Shown in pieces: positions 59,010-64,000 of a stretch of DNA of 64,000 nucleotides; position 1 is the stretch's first letter, and the number at the start of each line of letters is the position of its first letter. The translations under genes and the position numbers were made by a program. The notes under the pieces were generated by a model. The model was not told where the DNA came from. It was given only the letters and a program-made list of their open reading frames with translations, and made no database searches. This stretch comes from a virus (lineage: Duplodnaviria > Caudoviricetes), in the IMG/VR virus record IMGVR_UViG_3300009082_000959; one strand, 5' to 3'.

Positions 59010-60397
59010 TGGCTATTAATTTAATTGATAAAATTGTTGCGAAAAATAACGCTTTTACTGGGCTTGTGGACGCCGAGCAAATTATTGGCGACGGGGCAAC
59101 CAATGTGCTTCCGGACGCTGTAGTTTCTGTTTCTAATGTTACACAACATGAGATTTCAATAGACCACGAAAACCTACTTAATGCCGGAATCGACATAAGA
59201 AACGAGGGGCTGGCTATTTATGTTGACCCAGCCGGTAGCGATGATGCCTCTGGAGACATTGGTCATCCAGTACAAACGATTTGGGGTGCAATTCAAAAAA
59301 TTCCTGTGCAGGGGCTCACTTATGTTTATTTAGCAGCAGGAACTTATACCCTTCCAAACTGGACTGCAGATGTTAACTACTACAAAAACACCATCATTCA
59401 GTCAGAAGGCCGAGTGGCTGTTATTGGAACAGTAACTACTCTCGAATCTTTTACCGTTCTTTCTTGTGTTAATAATATTGTAACCGCTACGCCTGATCCG
59501 GGGTGGACGATTAATGAACATCGTGGAAAATGTCTTCGTTGGGGAACCAGTAGTCATTATTGGATAATTAGCAATACTTCAGACGCGTTGACTGTTGCCA
59601 TTACAACCTCTGATATTGGCGGATCTAATGCAAAGCCAACCGGAACTGTAAATATTTGTGAGCTTTCCTCTATTATAGCCCCGGGCACAAGTAATAATTA
59701 TAGTTCCTATCTTTATGCTACTGGTCGTACTATTTTTTGGGATATACATTTTAATGGATCGGCTGGTGGTTCGGCGGGGAGAATTGGGCTTAACGGAATT
59801 GGCGGGAACGAACTTACGGTTAAAGAGTGTAAATTTTCCAATTGGTCTTGGTATGGCATAGTAGGCGCTTATTATATAGCTGTCACTAAAACCATGTTCG
59901 ACAACTGCGCAATTGGAATTGCTCCTGGTTATGGAGCAACTATCAATGGCAATAACTTTTTTTATAACAAGCTAACAGGAGTAGCTATTGAAAGCCGTTA
60001 CACAAACAGTTTAGTTACGCTCAACCATGATTGCGCAGCCTGGATGCATGACATTGGAACTTATTTGAGAATCGGCAACAATACAATGGTTGATGATTCG
60101 TCGTTTCGTGTTTGGGCAAGCGGAACATGCCAAACATATGCAAATCTTTGGGCTCTTGCTATTTATAAAAATAGTGGCCATGGTCTAATTGGAATGCCCG
60201 GAGCACTTACCTTCACCGTTCAAGTGTTTTATTTCAAAGAAGAGCATAACAAGCTTGTTCTTTATGATTCCACAACCTCCACGCTTCAACCCGACGCTAG
60301 CTATTTTAAAAGTGATACTTACACTTTGTCTTTAACAGACTATATAGCAGAAGGCTCGTCAGTTGAGTTTGATGACGGAAACACGGCAATAGGTTAA
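59009..60397 (+). CDS. Tailspike-like protein with pectin-lyase-type beta-helix
   Basis: IYVDPAGSDDASG...VQTIWGAI...VYLAAGTY, then beta-helix-like repeats. Confidence 0.6.
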   Translation: MAINLIDKIVAKNNAFTGLVDAEQIIGDGATNVLPDAVVSVSNVTQHEISIDHENLLNAGIDIRNEGLAIYVDPAGSDDASGDIGHPVQTIWGAIQKIPVQGLTYVYLAAGTYTLPNWTADVNYYKNTIIQSEGRVAVIGTVTTLESFTVLSCVNNIVTATPDPGWTINEHRGKCLRWGTSSHYWIISNTSDALTVAITTSDIGGSNAKPTGTVNICELSSIIAPGTSNNYSSYLYATGRTIFWDIHFNGSAGGSAGRIGLNGIGGNELTVKECKFSNWSWYGIVGAYYIAVTKTMFDNCAIGIAPGYGATINGNNFFYNKLTGVAIESRYTNSLVTLNHDCAAWMHDIGTYLRIGNNTMVDDSSFRVWASGTCQTYANLWALAIYKNSGHGLIGMPGALTFTVQVFYFKEEHNKLVLYDSTTSTLQPDASYFKSDTYTLSLTDYIAEGSSVEFDDGNTAIG

Positions 60398-60399
60398 AC

Positions 60400-61170
60400 A
60401 TGAAGTATAATATAGGCGACAGAGTTTTTGCAAACGACGTAGAAATACGGGGCAATCTTACAATTGTGGGAGCAACCACGGGTCTTGCTCTAGACGGTTA
60501 TGCATTAGATTCTGCGCTAGACTCCAATTGGGCCGAGCTTAACTCTCAAACACAAGCTTTACGAGACGCTTGTGACGGTTATGGTGCGCCAGATACTACA
60601 ACCATAGATGCCCATTGGACTGAGTTAAATAGCCAAACACAAAGCCTGCGCGATGTTCTAGATGATTCAGACGGGTATGTGCTTTGTGATGGTTCTCGTC
60701 CTTTAACCGGTTTATTGAAATTTGAGGGAACTACGGCAGATTACCCGGCTCTCAAGGCCGTAGGAAATGGTTTACATGCACGATTGGCTAGTGACGACGG
60801 CTATTGTTTTGTCTCTGTTGGCAACTTAGAAATTAATGGACAAGCCTGGAGCACAATACCCGCTGTCCTAACTCCTACTGGCACCACACAGAACATAGAC
60901 TGGAGCTTGGGTGCATATCAGATACTAGACTTGGAATCGGCCAGTGGTAACGTTACTTTAACCTTTTCTGACGAAAAAGCTGGTGCAAGTTATGTTTTAG
61001 AAATACGTCAAGATTCGTCGGTAGCTCTAACCGTAACTTTCCCAGATAATGTGTGGTGGGCAGACGGAATCAGCCCTGTCATATCTATTGGCGCAAATGC
61101 TGTAGATGTATGCACTTTCGTCTTTAACGGCGCTAATTTTTTTGGTAGCTGTGGTAAAAACTACTCCTAA
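60400..61170 (+). CDS. Tail-fibre-associated protein
   Basis: Repeated WxELNSQTQxLRD..DGY; C-terminal IDWSLG...VTLTF...TFPDNVWW fibre domain. Confidence 0.6.
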   Translation: MKYNIGDRVFANDVEIRGNLTIVGATTGLALDGYALDSALDSNWAELNSQTQALRDACDGYGAPDTTTIDAHWTELNSQTQSLRDVLDDSDGYVLCDGSRPLTGLLKFEGTTADYPALKAVGNGLHARLASDDGYCFVSVGNLEINGQAWSTIPAVLTPTGTTQNIDWSLGAYQILDLESASGNVTLTFSDEKAGASYVLEIRQDSSVALTVTFPDNVWWADGISPVISIGANAVDVCTFVFNGANFFGSCGKNYS

Positions 61171-61410
61171 TGCTTTATAATAACCTACTACAAAACATTG
61201 GCTGCCAAAACCCCCACTTTTAAGATTTTTGACGGTGTAAATAATTTAATTTCATTCGAGGTAGTGCTGCCCCAACAAGGAAATAAGAGTCACTAACAAA
61301 TAATCAGATTGACGACCGAATATTGGCTATTGAAACTTTACTCACAGATTTACAAGAAGATATTAACCAGCTACCAGAAAACTTGTACTGGTTTGGCTGA
61401 AATAAAACAC
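61170..61410 (+). pseudogene. Possible decayed small ORF(s)
   Basis: ATG 61170 frame stops after 17 codons at a C5 run but continues in another frame; a start-less frame reads SLTNNQIDDRILAIETLLTDLQEDINQL. Confidence 0.3.
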
Positions 61411-61558
61411 CACTGTCGACAATGAAATTCACAACTCTCTACTAATATTTATTTTAATTTATGGGGAAACCCAATAAACCTTTTGAGAGAAACGATGCCT
61501 GAACTATTAGAGCAAGAAACGCAAGAAGACTCCGAACCTCCAAGTAAAAGAGCAAGTT

Positions 61559-61825
61559 ATGCTAACCCTAATATTGCTGTTCACGATATCCGTTGTGTTA
61601 GAGGTCCTAATAGTTGGATGCACTCTTGCTATAACACATCGAAAAATATTATTAGCCGCGCTTTTGTCGGCCTCTATAGAGCCATTAAAAGCAGCAGCAA
61701 TTATACTAGTTGTGGATGGGGACCAAAGGATAATAATGATTTTGCTGCTATCTATATCTTGCTTCGTAGGTAATATTTTAGCATTTTATGGATTTGATAG
61801 GATTTTCAAAAAGAAAGAAAAATAA
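61559..61825 (+). CDS. Small three-TM membrane protein
   Basis: Three hydrophobic segments and a basic C-tail (KKKEK); holin-like topology is possible. Confidence 0.55.
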   Translation: MLTLILLFTISVVLEVLIVGCTLAITHRKILLAALLSASIEPLKAAAIILVVDGDQRIIMILLLSISCFVGNILAFYGFDRIFKKKEK

Positions 61826-61844
61826 CTAACTTTTTGAGGCACCT

Positions 61845-62501
61845 ATGCGTACTTTAGTTGTTTCTGATTTGCATTCTGGCGATCCAAGATGTGAAAACAC
61901 TAGTTTTGTTTTAAAAGTATTGCGCGAAACTAATTACGATCAGCTAATATTGAACGGCGATATAGTTGATTTATGGTTAGTTAGCCCAGCCCAAATAAAA
62001 ACTCATCCGGTTGTAATCGAGTTATCGCGGATAGCAAAAAACAAAAAGGTTATCTGGGTTCTTGGAAATCATGACTGGGATGCTCGTGGCCAAAACATAA
62101 TACCGGGCGCAGAAGAAGTAGAATCCTATACTTTAAAAACCAGCAACCATGATGTGTTTTTTATACACGGGCACCAGGTTTATGAATTTCAGAATATGCC
62201 GTGGTATTCTAAATTACTAACAAAAATAAATTTTTGGTTTTGGCAAAAAACTGGAATTAATTTTCAAAGATTTCTTAATCGCGGTCCAATGTATGTGTGG
62301 CTAATTAGATATAGAAGAAAAGAAATAATAAAACAATATAAAGATAAATCAAACACAATAGTTATTGGTCATACTCACCTTTTTGGTTGCTCTAGTTCGT
62401 CTAAAACAACCGTCTTTGATATCGGTAGTCTTCCGATACGCAAAACCTACTGCATCATAAACGATAACGGTGACGTTTTGCTTCAAAAATTCCAATATTA
62501 G
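61845..62501 (+). CDS. Calcineurin-like metallophosphoesterase (LpxH-like)
   Basis: SDLH, NGDIVD, GNHD, HGH and GHTH motifs. Confidence 0.9.
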   Translation: MRTLVVSDLHSGDPRCENTSFVLKVLRETNYDQLILNGDIVDLWLVSPAQIKTHPVVIELSRIAKNKKVIWVLGNHDWDARGQNIIPGAEEVESYTLKTSNHDVFFIHGHQVYEFQNMPWYSKLLTKINFWFWQKTGINFQRFLNRGPMYVWLIRYRRKEIIKQYKDKSNTIVIGHTHLFGCSSSSKTTVFDIGSLPIRKTYCIINDNGDVLLQKFQY

Positions 62502-62509
62502 TTGCTCAA

Positions 62510-62523
62510 TCTATCAATATTTT
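62510..62523 (+). promoter_or_regulatory. Putative late promoter TCTATCAATATTTT (copy 4)
   Basis: Intergenic copy of the recurring motif, upstream of the csp gene. Confidence 0.6.
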
Positions 62524-62618
62524 GACTTTAAATTGTAAGGATTGGTTTGCCTTGCGTTAGGCAGGCACCAATCTAATCAAGGCGGGAAGTAACCCGCAAA
62601 TTAAAGGAGAAGTACAAG

Positions 62619-62849
62619 ATGGCGCAAGTTTTTACAGGAAAGGTTTGTTGGTTTGATCCGGCTCGTGGAATTGGTTTTATTTCAAAGGATGACGGAACTG
62701 GTGATGTTTTCGTTCACTGGACCAATATAGAAATGGAAGGATTTAAGACACTAAAACCAGGTCAGCCTGTTTCTTTTGAGATGGGCGAGAATAACCGCGG
62801 CCCGCAAAGTATAAAAGTAAAATTGTTGGGAACACCAGCAAAGAGCTAA
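62619..62849 (+). CDS. csp: Cold-shock domain protein (CspA family)
   Basis: GKVCWFD..GIGFI (RNP1), DVFVHW (RNP2), GFKTL..GQ.VSFE..RGPQ; AAGGAG SD. Confidence 0.92.
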   Translation: MAQVFTGKVCWFDPARGIGFISKDDGTGDVFVHWTNIEMEGFKTLKPGQPVSFEMGENNRGPQSIKVKLLGTPAKS

Positions 62850-62872
62850 ACCAGCAAAAGAGGAGCAAAAAA

Positions 62873-63883
62873 ATGAAAGTTAAGAACAACAATGTTTTGT
62901 GGTTGTTGAATACCACGAAACATGCCGTAAGTATTAGTGATTTGGGCGTTAAAGTTGCACCAGGAAACACCGTGAATATTTACAAACACAACCCATATTT
63001 GACAAAGGAACAGGTCGATTGTTCCCTTAAGTCTGGATCACTTGCTAGCCATCTTGCATCAAAAACTGTAAAAATAGTTAATAAGAATGTAAGTTCTGTG
63101 GCAGATACTATTGGCAAAATAAAAGCAAGTAAAGAGGGTAATAGCAAGGCAATAAAGACAAAATCATCTGTAGTATTAGATTCCAGTTCCCAAAACGAAG
63201 AAGATGGAGAGTCCTTTGATTTTGCAGACTATGGTGTATCTGACATAGGTGCGCTTAGTAAAAGGCAAAATGATGGTTCAGTTGTTATGAAAACAGAACC
63301 ACTTGCAGAAAAACCCCAAAGCACTGAGACCAAATTAGAACCACAAGTTGAATCTGGCGTAAGCAAGCAATCTCAAATTGTTATGAAAGTAACACAGGAA
63401 GCAATGGTTGATCCCACTGGTCCTATTGCTCCTGCATCACAACCAACAACATCACAACCATTCACCGTTGTAAAACCTGAGGAAAAAGAAGGTGTTTGGT
63501 GTGCTGTGGCCGATGATGGAAAAATTCTCACATCCAAAGACGGTAGTGTTTTGGTTGAGGGAGCGCAAGAATCAGAAGAACCAACTAGCTTTTCACAAGA
63601 GCAGCAGACGTACAAGTCCTATGTTCGCGACACCCACAAGGACGAAAGTGGAGCAATTGTGGTAGGAAATGCTCCTGCTCGCTCAATAAAGAAAATTTCA
63701 CAGCAACCGGAATCAGAAGCAGATGGAGCACTTGGTGACGCAGATGATTCTGTTATAGTGTTTGGTGACGTTGGAGAACAGGTAAGGGAACCCGAAAAAC
63801 TAGACGATGGCGCAATCGTTATGAAGGTTGAACCAGAGCCAGAGCCTGTTAAGAGAGTTAGAAAGAAGAAAGTGAAAGAATAA
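62873..63883 (+). CDS. Hypothetical protein with a low-complexity repeated C-terminal region
   Basis: GAGGAG SD; repeated DG(S/A)(V/I)V(M/L) segments. Confidence 0.7.
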   Translation: MKVKNNNVLWLLNTTKHAVSISDLGVKVAPGNTVNIYKHNPYLTKEQVDCSLKSGSLASHLASKTVKIVNKNVSSVADTIGKIKASKEGNSKAIKTKSSVVLDSSSQNEEDGESFDFADYGVSDIGALSKRQNDGSVVMKTEPLAEKPQSTETKLEPQVESGVSKQSQIVMKVTQEAMVDPTGPIAPASQPTTSQPFTVVKPEEKEGVWCAVADDGKILTSKDGSVLVEGAQESEEPTSFSQEQQTYKSYVRDTHKDESGAIVVGNAPARSIKKISQQPESEADGALGDADDSVIVFGDVGEQVREPEKLDDGAIVMKVEPEPEPVKRVRKKKVKE

Positions 63884-63905
63884 TATTTTATTTGGAGCGT
63901 AGTAA

Positions 63906-64000
63906 ATGGCCTGTCATCGTGTCGGAATACGCGGAAGAACAGTGGAATTGTATGTTCAATTCGTCGATTCTGCTGGAAATCCAACAAACGCCGATGACAC
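63906..64000 (+). CDS. Start of a probable structural protein (3'-truncated)
   Basis: GGAG SD; MACHRVGIRGRTVELYVQFVDSAGNPTNADD open to the window end. Confidence 0.5.
   Translation, partial: MACHRVGIRGRTVELYVQFVDSAGNPTNADD

Noticed and set aside
1-64000. Numerous minus-strand ORFs and short alternate-frame plus-strand ORFs in the track
   Set aside because: All overlap longer, motif-bearing + strand genes, lack SD context and show shadow-ORF composition.
1-64000. Giant eukaryotic virus (NCLDV) origin, suggested by Topo IB, eukaryote-like CCA and this HNH family
   Set aside because: Shine-Dalgarno sites, overlapping operons, intrinsic terminators, DnaG, IF-3, Csp and the terminase/portal/HK97 capsid set indicate a bacteriophage.
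1-64000. Stop-codon reassignment (alternative genetic code)
   Set aside because: Genes are full-length under code 11 and TAA, TAG and TGA all terminate tightly packed genes.
1-64000. tRNA, rRNA or tmRNA genes
   Set aside because: Intergenic gaps are short and I found no cloverleaf with T-loop GTTCRA and acceptor stem; tRNAscan-SE/Aragorn would confirm.

Overview
This window is a single-strand (+), densely packed segment of a large tailed dsDNA bacteriophage (Caudoviricetes, jumbo-phage-like gene content). It covers the end of a replication/expression block (DnaG primase C-terminus, sigma-70 region-4 protein, IF-3) and the head morphogenesis region: probable small terminase, gpA-type large terminase, a portal with two LAGLIDADG inteins, a prohead protease-scaffold fusion, two decoration-like proteins and an HK97-type major capsid protein. 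It ends with a DNA methylase-like gene, tail/fibre genes, a metallophosphoesterase and a cold-shock protein. Ten free-standing homing-type endonucleases are interspersed. Four things stand out. (1) A 2602-aa protein is divided into enzyme modules by repeated LSKRA motifs: topoisomerase IB, M15 peptidase, 2H phosphoesterase, a eukaryote-like CCA-adding enzyme and two repeat-plus-ART-like modules. (2) The same L-S-K-[RK]-A / K-x-A motif recurs in many neighbouring proteins. (3) A ~28-aa helical-hairpin tag (LxKLANxLDxxGxxxxAxxID) is shared by at least 14 otherwise unrelated ORFs. (4) A perfect -1 slippery heptamer lies in a 50-nt overlap window between two cargo-like ORFs. Together these suggest a tag-and-cleave system that loads many enzymes into the head, where the phage protease would process them. 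That system is inference. Family calls rest on motif recognition only; no searches were run.
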